This document shows, in pieces, positions 1 to 9,337 of a stretch of 32,000 bases of DNA; within the stretch, counting starts at the first letter, position 1; each line of letters opens with the position of its first letter. The stretch is taken from contig NC_000854.2 of NCBI RefSeq assembly GCF_000011125.1, positions 420,001-452,000 on the forward strand, given 5' to 3'. The translations under genes were made by a program, and so were the position numbers. The stretch is from Aeropyrum pernix K1. GTDB taxonomy: Archaea; Thermoproteota; Thermoprotei_A; Sulfolobales; Acidilobaceae. The notes below the pieces were generated by a model, which saw nothing but the letters and a program-made list of their open reading frames with translations, did no database searches and had not been told where the DNA came from.

Positions 1-3000
1 TATGGGGCTTATCCTGAGCTCCACTTTCCCGGGCTCGTCGACGGTGAAGGTGAATGTCGTGTCCACCCTGTAGAAGGACTGGCCGGCCTCGGGGGTTAGC
101 CTGGCCTGGTAGGTCCCCGGCGGGAGGGAGAGGAGGGCTTTACCCCTGACCACGGTCTCCACGCTATAGCCGAACCCCCCTTCGGGGGCCTGCCTCTCCA
201 GCTCGACGATGTAGGGGAACCCTATCGGCTCGCCGGTTAGGGCGTCGAGGAGCCAGAGCTCCACGGTGAACCTCCTGTACTCTACCGTTAGTACGCCGGG
301 GAGGAGCGCGCCCTCCTGGGTCACGGTCAGCCTGAGCTGCGTGTCTGTTAGGAGCGTGTTCTCCTCGAGAATTTTAACCTCGGCTATGTAGCTTCCAGGC
401 CTGACGCCCTCAAGCCTCAGTATAGGGCCCTCGCCCCGGGCCCTCAGCTCGAGGGGGAGGCTGGTATGTCTAAGGATAAGCTCCACCTCCTCCTCAACTG
501 GGTTGCCGTCTGGATCCGCAAGCCTTATAGCCACCCCGAACACTATGGGCTCCATCTCGACCTCCAGACTAGCGTCCCCCCAGATTTCCAGCGTTGTGCT
601 CGCGGGCTTGAAGCCCAGTGCCCTCACCTCCAGGGTCGCCAGCCCGGGGGGCAGCTGGAGCACCGCCTCCCCGCCTATCCCCTCAACCTCGCCCTCCAGC
701 TCGCCGAAGGGGCCCGAGTATATGTAGGCTACCGAGAACTCGGGGAGCCTAACTGAGAACTCCTTGTCGACAGCAGCTATCTTGACAGCGGCGAGCGGCG
801 GCTTCAAAACCACCTCAACGCCGCCACCCTCCTCCGGCACCACTATGCTGCCCGCGTCAACCGCCACCTCAACACCGGCTATCGAAACCCTGTACTCGGC
901 CCTGTAGACGCCGGGCCTGAGCCTGGCCTCGCCGCCGCCCTGGCTTATCTCAACCTCGAAAGGCCTCTCCTCCTCTATGGAAGCGTGGTCCAGGTAGAGG
1001 GCGCCCCATAGCACCGGCACCCTAGACCCGCCGACATCTGCTGAAACTGTGAACGCGACGTCCACCTTGAGAGGCTCTATGGGGATGTAGACTGTCCCGG
1101 GGGAGCTTATGGCGGCCTCAACGGTGGACCCCGGGTAGCCCTCGGCTGACACCTCCAGCGTGTAGACGCCCTCGGGCAGCACCGCTCTCTCGGGCAGCGT
1201 GAACTCCAGGGGCTCCTCTAAGGTAACGCCGTTGAACGCTATTAGAACTGCCCTGGCACCCTCTATCACCCCCCTCTCAACGCCGAGGTCCTGGTCGTAG
1301 CCCACGAGGTCGACGGTGTAGGCCTTAGGCTTTATCGATATAGACACTGCAGTCGTCTCCTCCCCTATGAATGCTCTCGAGCCGCTTACGGAGCTGCCTG
1401 CAGCGGCCTCTATTATGTACGAGCCGGCCCTCACGCTGGCCACTGCTGAGCCCGTTTCGTCGGCAACCACGGAAACAGGGTCCACTCCCAGGGCTTCTAG
1501 CACGGGGTCGTCGGGCCTCAGGGTCACCGAGGCCAGCCCGGCGGGGGATGGTGGGAGATCCACTTTCGAGGAGCCTATTATAGCGGTGGAGTGGGAATAG
1601 TAGACGTTAACCTCCACCTCCACTACCACAGGGTCGAGCGTTATTGTTGCGAAAACCCTGTCCTGCGCCAGAGTCAGGCTGTACAGGCTCGGCCTATAGT
1701 AGCCGGGCAGCTCGGCCTCGAGGGTGTAGCTGCCGAAGGGCAGCCTTACCAGGGCTGTGCCCCCCTCCACCTGGAGGGTCTTCTGGGATGACTGGCTGTA
1801 CCCGTGCCACGTTATCCTGAGTAGGGCTGAGGGGAGCTCGACGCCCAGGTCCGAGTCGAGCAGGGCTACCTCTAGCTCGCCGTAGATAGGCTTCAAGCCG
1901 AGTTTAACCTGGACACCGCTCCGGCTAGCCTTGAAAAGGTCTATCTCAAGCCTGGCGCCCTCAGTGTAGGGGTGTGTGACGGTGATCTCGTAAACGCCGG
2001 GTCTCAGCAGGAACACCGCCCTACCCTGACTGTCTGTTGTCTGCACCTCGCTCGCCACCTCCACCGGCGTCTCCAGCGGTGTCGCCACTACGAGGGCGTC
2101 TCCAACCCCCCCGACAGCGACGCCTGTGGGGTCGTTGTAGACAGCCTCCACCAAAAGGGGTATCTTGACCGGCTTTAGCGAAAGCGTAACCGACTCTCCA
2201 GCACCCCGCTCGAGGGACAAGCTGGCCTCCGTGTCCTCGTAGTAGCCCTCCAGCGACGATACCAGGATCCTGTAGAGGCCCTCGGGGGCCTCTAGGGAGA
2301 AGCTACTAGAGCGTGTCACGAAGCTCCGCGACTCCCCGGTGAGGAGGTAGGTTAGGGTTACTGTGAAGCCCCCGGGAGCGTCAACCCCCAGCTCGCCGTC
2401 TATAAGCCTGAGGGAGAGGCTCGAGGCCCCGGCGGGGAGGGGTATCTCGAGGGGGCCGGGGGAGAGTATCTCCACGCCGCTGTAGACCGTCTTGCCTAGA
2501 ATGTGGTGCTCCACCTCAACTCTGTAGACGCCGCTCCTGAGTGTTACCTGGGCCTCGCCCTCCTCCCCCGTGTCAACCTCCACCCTGTACCCTAGGCTCG
2601 GCTCCTCCAGCGTGAAGGCTATCCTAGCCCCCTTAATGCTGCCGCCGAAGAGGCCCGTGGGGTCGCTCAACACCGCCCTAACGGTTACCTCGTTGTACGC
2701 GGGCTCCATGAGCACGGTGACTAGCGAGGCAGCCCGCCCCACCTCCGCCTGGGCTTCGGCGGGGCTGTAGCCAGGAGCCTCAACCCTTATGATGTATGAT
2801 CCCGGGGGGAGGGGGATCCTGACGCTGTCGCCCGGCTCCGCAACCCGGGCGCTCCGTCCTGTGGGCGCGGTTATCTCCACCGAGCTGGGCTTGACCTGGA
2901 ACGCCACCCCCGCCTGGTATGCCTCCGCGTCGTAAACCACTATGTCAAGCGGGTACAGGCTAAGCACCGCCTCAACCGTGAACGGCCCCAGCCCCCAGGC

Positions 3001-5475
3001 GGCAACGCTCCCCTCGACCCTCGACACCACCTCCGAGGAGCCGTCAACGCTGTACTCAACCCCGCTCCAGAGTATGGCCGTCGCCCTCCCATCATCCCCG
3101 GTTACGGTAGCGACGGGCAGGGGGTCGGGTGTGTAGCCGAGGTCCTCAGTGGCGGCCTGGGATGGTGCTAGGGTCAGCTCCACCCCCCCTACGGGGCCTG
3201 AGTAGAGATCGTACGCCACCCTGTACTCGGGGCTCGGGGGCGTGGCGGGCACTACAGCCTCCACCACAACCTCCCTTAGGGCGACCTCAATGCTGTCTAG
3301 TATGAGGGGCTGGAGGACCTCCACCTCCCTGTAGAGCTTGCCCAAGCCCGGCAGCTCGACCTCTATAGTATAGTCTCCCCGGGGGACGTAGAGGGTTATG
3401 GAGCCCCTCTCCCACACCTCCTCGTCCACGGCATAGACCTCGCCCCCTGGGCCACGTATAGCCGCTCTGGAGCCGCCGCCCAGGCCCAGATCTCCGGGGC
3501 CGACCTCCCGGGCTCCCCCAACCGTTTCAAGCACAACCCTGAAGTCCAGTATGATTGGGTTCAGGTCGAACCCCGGGCTCTCGAACGTGTATATGGAGCC
3601 GCCGCCCAGGGAGGCGATCACCGCGGGCTCGGCTGTGACGCTGACTATAACGGGGTTATCCAGCCCCGTCTCCACCCCCTGGAACCCGGGGAGGTTCCTC
3701 CATAGGGGCTCCCACCTCCCAACATCCACGGCCTGGAGGAGGCCCTGCTGGCTAGCCACTATTATGTGTGTCTCGAGGTTTAGTATGGAGGTTACGGGGC
3801 TCTCGTCCACCGAGAGGGACCGGGACACTGTGTAGAGCCCTGTGTCCGGCCTATACTTTAGCATGTAGACGTGGCCGCTGGAGGTGCCAACGTATATGAC
3901 ACCTCCCCCCGAGGCTATCTCCACCTCCGTGGGCGCGCCCCCCAGGAATATGGACTGGGGGGCCGGCTTGCCGGAGGCCGGGTAGCCGTTGTCGTCGAGG
4001 TAGTATATGTGGAGGAAGCCCTGGGGGCTGCCCACCAGGAGCAGCTTGGAGAAGTCCTCGAACACCGGGTTCACAGGAGTGTAGACCTCAGCCACCGTAG
4101 CACCCTCGAGGCCGCCGCCCCTTAGGTCCTCGGGCATGGGGAGCCAGGCCATCCACGTGTCGGCGACATAGTCGAACCCTGCCTGGCTGCTCTCCAGAGT
4201 CATGCCCAGCAGTGGCTGGAGCGTCCTCACCCCCGGCTCCAGGCCTAGTATGTCCATGCACGACTCGAGGCTGTCGGCATCGCTCACCAGATCCATCACG
4301 ACTATGTCAAGGTCCACGCTGGAGCCTGGGGGCGGGTCTAGGGTCTCCTCCGCCGCGTAGCATACTGTGCTTACGAGCCTCTCGTTCCCCTGCTCGTCTA
4401 CTAGGTACGTCTCTTCAGTGTAGATAAACACGAGGGTCTGGTCGGAGGCGGGTATAAATGCGTCGAGGACCTCGCTTGGCAGCACGGCAAGACCCGTCTC
4501 CTCGTCGACATAGCCCGCCTCCCCCTCAAGACCCGACCAGCTCGGCTGCACTAGGATGCGGAGGCCCTCCGCCGGGGTTGAAGCCATGTATAGGGTGTAC
4601 CTCGTCAGCACCCCCCTCTCGCTGTCGAGTATCTCCTGGGGAGTCGCGGGAAGTATAGCCCCGGAGGGTGTCCTGTAGAACAGGAGGCCCGAGACCCGGG
4701 CGTCGAGGCCCTCGTAGTATGAGTCAGCGGTGTTGGAGAGGGTGGAGCCGTTCTGCAGCGAGCCGAACACCAGGTAGGCTGTCGAGCCCAGGCTCCACCG
4801 GCCCCCCTGGAGGACTATCTTGTCGCCCAGCACAGCCGAGAAGGGCGGGGAGTGGAAGCCCTTCTCAACCCCCCCGCCGCCTGTGGGGCTGAACTCGACC
4901 CACCCCTCCTCTGTGGGGTCTGCGAAGTACGCAGCCCCACCTCCATCAACCACCACTAACCTTGGGCTGTCTCCCCCGCTCCACACTAGGAGGCTGGTTA
5001 CGCCTAGCCTGGAGGCTGTGTAGAAGTCGGCCCTCACGCTGGGGTTGTCAAGGCTTACGACCGCCACTTCTCCCGTGGAGGTGCCGACCGCCGCCCAGGA
5101 GCCTGTGGAGCCGTCTACCGCGAGCTCCACCGGGTCGCCGACCAGGGCCTGGCTCCAGGATAGCCTCCTAGACTCAAGGTCGACACCCATAATCAGGCTC
5201 CCGAGCCCCGGCGCGGAGCCGGCCGCCACCAGGAGGCCCCTGCCCTCGGAGTACGCCGAGAGCTGGACCGCAACACCCCCGGGCAAGCTATAGCCCCTAA
5301 GCCCGTACACCCTGGTGTAGAACCACTCCAGCTCCTCGCCGACCAGAAGGGCCTGCTGGGGGCTTTCGCCTGGTGCGGCGGAGTAGAGTGGCGGCGATAC
5401 CGCCAGGGCCAGTATAGCAAGCATCGCGAGAGCAGGTAGGAGGCGTATGGGCCATGGCGAGGCGTGTATATTCAA
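1..5475 (-). CDS. Very large secreted/cell-surface protein (partial; C-terminus lies beyond the left edge), ~1825+ aa, with a beta-propeller-like N-terminal half and tandem beta-sandwich (carboxypeptidase regulatory/PEGA-like) repeats in the C-terminal half
   Basis: Reverse-strand frame read from TTG at 5475 (LNIHASPWPIRLLPALAMLAILALAVSPPLYSAAPGESPQQ, a signal-peptide-like start). The same frame (lowest codon coordinate = 1 mod 3) was open in every line read from 1320 to 1 and in spot checks near 2221, 3001, 4201 and 5300. N-terminal half contains VIYVGTSSGHVYMLKYRPD and IIVASQQGLLQAVDVG. C-terminal half repeats motifs such as LPPGSYIIRVEAPGYSPAEA, LRSGVYRVEVE, LRPGVYEITVTHPY and LPFGSYTLEAELPGYYRPS. 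Absent from the ORF track because it runs off the window. Confidence 0.85.
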   Translation of the reverse strand, partial: MNIHASPWPIRLLPALAMLAILALAVSPPLYSAAPGESPQQALLVGEELEWFYTRVYGLRGYSLPGGVAVQLSAYSEGRGLLVAAGSAPGLGSLIMGVDLESRRLSWSQALVGDPVELAVDGSTGSWAAVGTSTGEVAVVSLDNPSVRADFYTASRLGVTSLLVWSGGDSPRLVVVDGGGAAYFADPTEEGWVEFSPTGGGGVEKGFHSPPFSAVLGDKIVLQGGRWSLGSTAYLVFGSLQNGSTLSNTADSYYEGLDARVSGLLFYRTPSGAILPATPQEILDSERGVLTRYTLYMASTPAEGLRILVQPSWSGLEGEAGYVDEETGLAVLPSEVLDAFIPASDQTLVFIYTEETYLVDEQGNERLVSTVCYAAEETLDPPPGSSVDLDIVVMDLVSDADSLESCMDILGLEPGVRTLQPLLGMTLESSQAGFDYVADTWMAWLPMPEDLRGGGLEGATVAEVYTPVNPVFEDFSKLLLVGSPQGFLHIYYLDDNGYPASGKPAPQSIFLGGAPTEVEIASGGGVIYVGTSSGHVYMLKYRPDTGLYTVSRSLSVDESPVTSILNLETHIIVASQQGLLQAVDVGRWEPLWRNLPGFQGVETGLDNPVIVSVTAEPAVIASLGGGSIYTFESPGFDLNPIILDFRVVLETVGGAREVGPGDLGLGGGSRAAIRGPGGEVYAVDEEVWERGSITLYVPRGDYTIEVELPGLGKLYREVEVLQPLILDSIEVALREVVVEAVVPATPPSPEYRVAYDLYSGPVGGVELTLAPSQAATEDLGYTPDPLPVATVTGDDGRATAILWSGVEYSVDGSSEVVSRVEGSVAAWGLGPFTVEAVLSLYPLDIVVYDAEAYQAGVAFQVKPSSVEITAPTGRSARVAEPGDSVRIPLPPGSYIIRVEAPGYSPAEAQAEVGRAASLVTVLMEPAYNEVTVRAVLSDPTGLFGGSIKGARIAFTLEEPSLGYRVEVDTGEEGEAQVTLRSGVYRVEVEHHILGKTVYSGVEILSPGPLEIPLPAGASSLSLRLIDGELGVDAPGGFTVTLTYLLTGESRSFVTRSSSFSLEAPEGLYRILVSSLEGYYEDTEASLSLERGAGESVTLSLKPVKIPLLVEAVYNDPTGVAVGGVGDALVVATPLETPVEVASEVQTTDSQGRAVFLLRPGVYEITVTHPYTEGARLEIDLFKASRSGVQVKLGLKPIYGELEVALLDSDLGVELPSALLRITWHGYSQSSQKTLQVEGGTALVRLPFGSYTLEAELPGYYRPSLYSLTLAQDRVFATITLDPVVVEVEVNVYYSHSTAIIGSSKVDLPPSPAGLASVTLRPDDPVLEALGVDPVSVVADETGSAVASVRAGSYIIEAAAGSSVSGSRAFIGEETTAVSISIKPKAYTVDLVGYDQDLGVERGVIEGARAVLIAFNGVTLEEPLEFTLPERAVLPEGVYTLEVSAEGYPGSTVEAAISSPGTVYIPIEPLKVDVAFTVSADVGGSRVPVLWGALYLDHASIEEERPFEVEISQGGGEARLRPGVYRAEYRVSIAGVEVAVDAGSIVVPEEGGGVEVVLKPPLAAVKIAAVDKEFSVRLPEFSVAYIYSGPFGELEGEVEGIGGEAVLQLPPGLATLEVRALGFKPASTTLEIWGDASLEVEMEPIVFGVAIRLADPDGNPVEEEVELILRHTSLPLELRARGEGPILRLEGVRPGSYIAEVKILEENTLLTDTQLRLTVTQEGALLPGVLTVEYRRFTVELWLLDALTGEPIGFPYIVELERQAPEGGFGYSVETVVRGKALLSLPPGTYQARLTPEAGQSFYRVDTTFTFTVDEPGKVELRISPI

Positions 5476-5588
5476 CCTAGGTTAACCCCTTGGGTATAGA
5501 GTGGCCCGCGGGGGGGTTTATGGTCTTGCCTGCGTAAAGTGAGTGGTCGTGGTGTACAAGGGCGCGGGCCGGGTATCACCCCAGTGTA

Positions 5589-5870
5589 GTGTGGGTGGGC
5601 GTGTTGCGGGTGAGGTGTGTCCAGGAGGCTATTAGGAGGGCCTATTACGATAGGGACGCCTCCAGGGGGCTCTTCCAGACCTTCTCATGGCTGGTGGAGG
5701 AGGTGGGAGAGCTGTCGGAGGCATTGAGGAAGGGTGATAAGGGTAGTATGGCCGAGGAGATCGCGGACGTCATAGCGTGGACTATTAGCATAGCCAACCT
5801 GGTCGGCGTGGATGTGGAGGAGGCCCTCAGATCAAAGTACGGGGGCGAGCTATCGGGCTGCGAAGGCTAG
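5589..5870 (+). CDS. MazG-like nucleotide pyrophosphohydrolase, 93 aa
   Basis: FSWLVEEVGELSEALRKGD....MAEEIADVIAWTISIANLVGVDVEEAL matches the MazG-type EExxE...ExxD metal-binding helices. Confidence 0.8.
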   Translation: MWVGVLRVRCVQEAIRRAYYDRDASRGLFQTFSWLVEEVGELSEALRKGDKGSMAEEIADVIAWTISIANLVGVDVEEALRSKYGGELSGCEG

Positions 5871-6640
5871 GCGCTCTTGAAGGCCTCCACAACATCGGCG
5901 AGCTTCCCCGGGCTCTCCTCGGCCAGAGTGCCGGTTACTAGCACATCAGCCCCTGCCTCGGCTAGCATCCTCGCGGCCTCGGGAGTCCTAACCCCTCCAC
6001 CGACCGTAAGGAGGACCTCGCCCCCGTAGCCCGCGGCGTCTACGAGCTTTCTGGAGGCCGCCACGGCCTCCGGGGGCACAGGCTTGGGGGCGCCGCTCCC
6101 GGCCTCGAGATATATTATCCTCCCCCCCATCATGGCCCCGGCTAGCGCGTGCAGCGCGGCCAGCTCTGGCTTCTCATAGGGTATGGGCCTGGCCCTGGCG
6201 ACGAAGCCTGCGGCGCCGCCGTACCCCACGATGATGTAGCTCGTGGGTATAGCCTCGAGCCCCAGCTTGAGCGCCAGGGGGGCGCCGAGTATCTGGGCCT
6301 GCACTATGTAGTAGGGGTTGTCGCTGTTCATGACGGTCAGGAAGAGCACCGCGTCGGCGTGCCTGCTGGCGTTGGTGTGGCCGCCGGGGAAGAGTATCAC
6401 CGGCAGGCCTGAGCGCTTCGCAGCCTTCACAACCCCGTCAGTCTCCTCGAACGTGACACCTATGCTCCCGCCAACAAGTATTGCGTCACTCCCCGCCTCG
6501 GCAGCCCTGGCCGCTATCTCCCCTGCCTCGCCGGGCCCGGTCTTGTCGGGGTCTATGAGGGTGAAGTGGAGCCTCCCCCTAGACCTCCTCTCCAGGAGCT
6601 TCTCCAGAAGCCTCCTCCTCTTCACCGCCAACCTCGCCAC
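5867..6640 (-). CDS. Geranylgeranylglyceryl phosphate synthase (archaeal ether lipid synthesis)
   Basis: HFTLIDPDKTGPGEAGEIAARAAEAGSDAILVGGSIGVT, YYIVQAQILGAPLALKLGLEAIPTSYIIVGYGG, IYLEAGSGAPKPVP and LTVGGGVRTPEAA are GGGP synthase (PcrB-like TIM barrel) motifs. Confidence 0.93.
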   Translation of the reverse strand: MARLAVKRRRLLEKLLERRSRGRLHFTLIDPDKTGPGEAGEIAARAAEAGSDAILVGGSIGVTFEETDGVVKAAKRSGLPVILFPGGHTNASRHADAVLFLTVMNSDNPYYIVQAQILGAPLALKLGLEAIPTSYIIVGYGGAAGFVARARPIPYEKPELAALHALAGAMMGGRIIYLEAGSGAPKPVPPEAVAASRKLVDAAGYGGEVLLTVGGGVRTPEAARMLAEAGADVLVTGTLAEESPGKLADVVEAFKSA

Positions 6641-6917
6641 ACCCCCTGCCTTCGAAGTAGGCGTCGCTCACAAGGTTGTAGACGTCAACCTTCTCAAGCC
6701 CCTCAGGCACCTCCATCTCACAGCGCAGCCCGCAGTTCCCGCAGACGGCCACGGCCCTCTTGACACCGGCCTTCACGTTGCCCTCCTCATCCTTAGCCTG
6801 GGTCAGGGTTATGGAGAGTGTCAGGCTCCCGCAGCGTGGGCATGTGAAGTACCTCTTGTAAACCTGGGGGACCGTCCTCACCTGCCTTCTCATCCTCTTC
6901 CTACGCCGCCTACCCAA
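6579..6917 (-). CDS. Small zinc-ribbon protein, Elf1-like transcription elongation factor family
   Basis: Basic MGRRRRKRMRR N-terminus, CPRCGS...CGNCG zinc ribbon, LEKVDVYNLVSDAYFEG. TTG start. Overlaps the start of the GGGP synthase gene by 62 bp. A TATA-like AACTATAAATTTT-type element lies upstream on the minus strand (~7005). Confidence 0.7.
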   Translation of the reverse strand: MGRRRRKRMRRQVRTVPQVYKRYFTCPRCGSLTLSITLTQAKDEEGNVKAGVKRAVAVCGNCGLRCEMEVPEGLEKVDVYNLVSDAYFEGRGCGEVGGEEEEASGEAPGEEV

Positions 6918-7180
6918 AGTCTACAGGCACCCCTCATGGTAGCAGGGTTTGCCCAGAGCCCTTTTAGCCTTGGCCTGCAACCGCTTGGCCCACTGCTTTC
7001 CAAAATTTATAGTGATTTGCACGTGCTGTAGAGTGCACAACGGGCCTATCTACTGCGAGCCCGTGGGGCCCGGAGCACCGCTCCCATCGCCCCCCGGGCC
7101 TTCCCTGCTACACAACGCTATAACACAATCATATTATTTAAACACCCCTGCACCTCTGGGGGAGAAGGGTGTGATGTGGC

Positions 7181-8431
7181 TTGGCCCAGGGCTTCAAGGT
7201 TAGAGACCTCTCCCTCGCCGGGGAGGGTAGGATGCAGATAGAGTGGGCGGAGAGGCATATGCCCGTGCTGATGAGGCTCCGCAGCAGCATGGGCGGCGAT
7301 AAACCTCTTAGTGGGGTTAGGGTTGCCGCGTGCCTCCACGTCACCAAGGAGACTGCTGTGCTGGTTGAGACCTTGAGGAAGTGGGGTGCCGAGGTTTACC
7401 TGGCCCCCAGCAACCCCCTCTCCACCCAGGACGAGGTTGCAGCGGCCCTGGCGGAGGCTGGTATAGGGGTCTTCGCCTGGAGGGGTATGACGCCTGAGGA
7501 GTATAAGTGGGCCCTATCCACTGTGGCCGGGAGGGAGCCGGATATTGTTATCGACGATGGCGCCGACCTCCACGTCCTCCTGCACGAGGAGATGAGGAGT
7601 GTGGGGGAGAAGGTGTGGGGCGGCACCGAGGAGACCACCACCGGCGTTATAAGGCTTAGAGCCCTAGAGAGGGAGGGGAGGCTCCTATACCCGGTCATAG
7701 CTGTTAACGACGCCCTAACCAAGTTCATGTTCGACAACAGGTACGGTACGGGGCAGAGCACTGTGGACGGGGTTCTCAGGGCTACTAACATACTTATAGC
7801 GGGCAAGACCGTCGTCGTGGCAGGCTACGGCTGGGTCGGGAGGGGTATAGCGGCGAGGTTCAGGGGTATGGGGGCTAAGGTGGTCGTGACAGAGGTCGAC
7901 CCGGTGAGGGCTCTGGAGGCCGCTATGGACGGGTTCACAGTAACCACCATGGATGAGGCCGCCTCCCTCGGGGACGTGTTCATAACAGCCACCGGCAACA
8001 TAAACGTGATAGACGCTAGGCACATGGAGAAGATGAAGGACGGGGCTATACTGGCCAACGCCGGCCACTTCAACGTGGAGATAAACGTCGCCGCTCTCGA
8101 GGAGATGAGCGTCTCGAAGAGGAGGGTGAGGAGATACCTTGACGAGTACAGGCTCCCCGACGGGAGGCGCCTCTACCTCATAGGTGAGGGGAGGCTGGTC
8201 AACCTGGTGGCTGCTGAGGGCCACCCGAGCGAGGTTATGGACATGAGCTTCTCCAACCAGGCCCTAGCAGTGCTGAAGATAGCGGGGGAGAGGGGGAGGC
8301 TTGAGAAGAGGGTGCACAGGGTTGAGAGGATCCAGGACGAGATGGTGGCTAGGCTGAAGCTAGAGACCATGGGCGTGAGGATAGATAGCCTGACGGAGGA
8401 GCAGAAGCTATACCTGCAGAAGTGGAAATAG
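7181..8431 (+). CDS. ahcY: Adenosylhomocysteinase (S-adenosyl-L-homocysteine hydrolase), 416 aa
   Basis: [111 protein letters not shown] and [31 protein letters not shown]-like TATTATTTAAA at ~7131-7141. Confidence 0.96.
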   Translation: MAQGFKVRDLSLAGEGRMQIEWAERHMPVLMRLRSSMGGDKPLSGVRVAACLHVTKETAVLVETLRKWGAEVYLAPSNPLSTQDEVAAALAEAGIGVFAWRGMTPEEYKWALSTVAGREPDIVIDDGADLHVLLHEEMRSVGEKVWGGTEETTTGVIRLRALEREGRLLYPVIAVNDALTKFMFDNRYGTGQSTVDGVLRATNILIAGKTVVVAGYGWVGRGIAARFRGMGAKVVVTEVDPVRALEAAMDGFTVTTMDEAASLGDVFITATGNINVIDARHMEKMKDGAILANAGHFNVEINVAALEEMSVSKRRVRRYLDEYRLPDGRRLYLIGEGRLVNLVAAEGHPSEVMDMSFSNQALAVLKIAGERGRLEKRVHRVERIQDEMVARLKLETMGVRIDSLTEEQKLYLQKWK

Positions 8432-8496
8432 CATGGAAACGGAGCTGGAAACAGTATTAAACCCTGGGAGGAATTGTAGATAGCTGTGGGAGGCCT

Positions 8497-8611
8497 GGGC
8501 CCGTAGCTCAGCCAGGTAGAGCGCCCGGCTCATACCGCCGGGTCTCGGGTTCGAGACAAGCCCGCGTGAGACACCGGGTGGTCGGGGGTTCAAATCCCCC
8601 CGGGCCCACCA
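8497..8611 (+). tRNA. tRNA with CAU anticodon (elongator Met or Ile2), interrupted by a ~38-nt intron 3' of position 37; encoded CCA
   Basis: Acceptor GGGCCCG (8497-8503)/CGGGCCC (8601-8607) + A + CCA. D arm GCTC...GAGC. Anticodon stem CCCGG (8524-8528)/CCGGG (8574-8578). Loop CTCATA|A with anticodon CAT at 8531-8533. Putative intron 8535-8572. T arm GGGGG-TTCAAAT-CCCCC. Confidence 0.93.
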
Positions 8612-8622
8612 CATCCTAGCCA

Positions 8623-8683
8623 GCGATGAGGACGGTGGAGCGACGCTGACCAAGGTAGGGGATGAGGAGCGACACTCCCCTGA
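8623..8683 (+). ncRNA. Candidate dual-guide C/D box sRNA
   Basis: C-like GCGATGA (8623-8629), 16 nt, D' CTGA (8646-8649), 10 nt, C'-like GGATGA (8660-8665), 14 nt, D CTGA (8680-8683), all inside the non-coding gap after the tRNA. Terminal stem is weak. Confidence 0.4.
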
Positions 8684-8910
8684 GCACGGCCCCGGCAGAC
8701 CTGTTGAGGGAGGGCCCTACGCCGAGTCCAAGGGTGTAAACTTCTTAAGCCGGCTGGCTACAACCCAATGGATAATGGGGGCGGAGGCGCCCTCCCAGAG
8801 GTTCCGCCGGATACAGGCAGAGGCGACTGGCCGGAGGGCGAGAGCGCCCATATCCAGAGGCTCCCAGGTGGCTGGTGGGCAGTCGACGTGGAGAGAGTGG
8901 TGTTGTGGAG

Positions 8911-9201
8911 ATGGCGAGCGTAAGGTTCGAGGACCTGAGGGTTAACGGCAGTGTAGTCTGCCCCAGGTGCAGGATACCGATGTACTACGCCAGCGAGACG
9001 GTGAAGGAGGGGGGTAGACACAGGATAACGAGGTTCTACGTATGCCCCTCCTGCAAGCTCAAGCTGGTGGACGAGAGGATAGTGGTAATCCCCTCCTCCA
9101 GCACAGTCGAGGTGGAGGTGGCAGGCGACAGAAAGACAATCTACAGGCAGCATGTTGACAGGCCTAGGAGGCAGGCTAGGGGTAGAGCCGTAAGGAGATG
9201 A
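8911..9201 (+). CDS. Small zinc-ribbon protein of unknown function (ORF track start 8875; ATG at 8911 is an equally likely start)
   Basis: CPRCRIPMYYASETVKEGGRHRITRFYVCPSCKLKLVDERIVVIP: two CxxC pairs and a basic tail. Confidence 0.6.
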   Translation: MASVRFEDLRVNGSVVCPRCRIPMYYASETVKEGGRHRITRFYVCPSCKLKLVDERIVVIPSSSTVEVEVAGDRKTIYRQHVDRPRRQARGRAVRR

Positions 9202-9337
9202 GGGCGTGAGAAGCCTGCGTATAGGCAAGCAACCCGTTTTTTAAACACCACGATCCTATAGACCGTCGTATCCCGCTTCACCCATCCTAATCTCCTATTT
9301 CCCCTCGAACGCCTACACACTCATACCCCGGTGCGCG

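Noticed and set aside
60-125. Apparent frameshift near the left end of the giant minus-strand ORF
   Set aside because: Arose from a misread line break. Re-reading 61-130 as given (gtccaccctg ... aggtccccgg cgggagggag) keeps the same frame open.
466-5293. Numerous short + strand ORFs (466..756 through 5045..5293)
   Set aside because: All are antisense to the long minus-strand secreted protein frame, with low-complexity Pro/Arg/Ser composition typical of GC-rich shadow ORFs.
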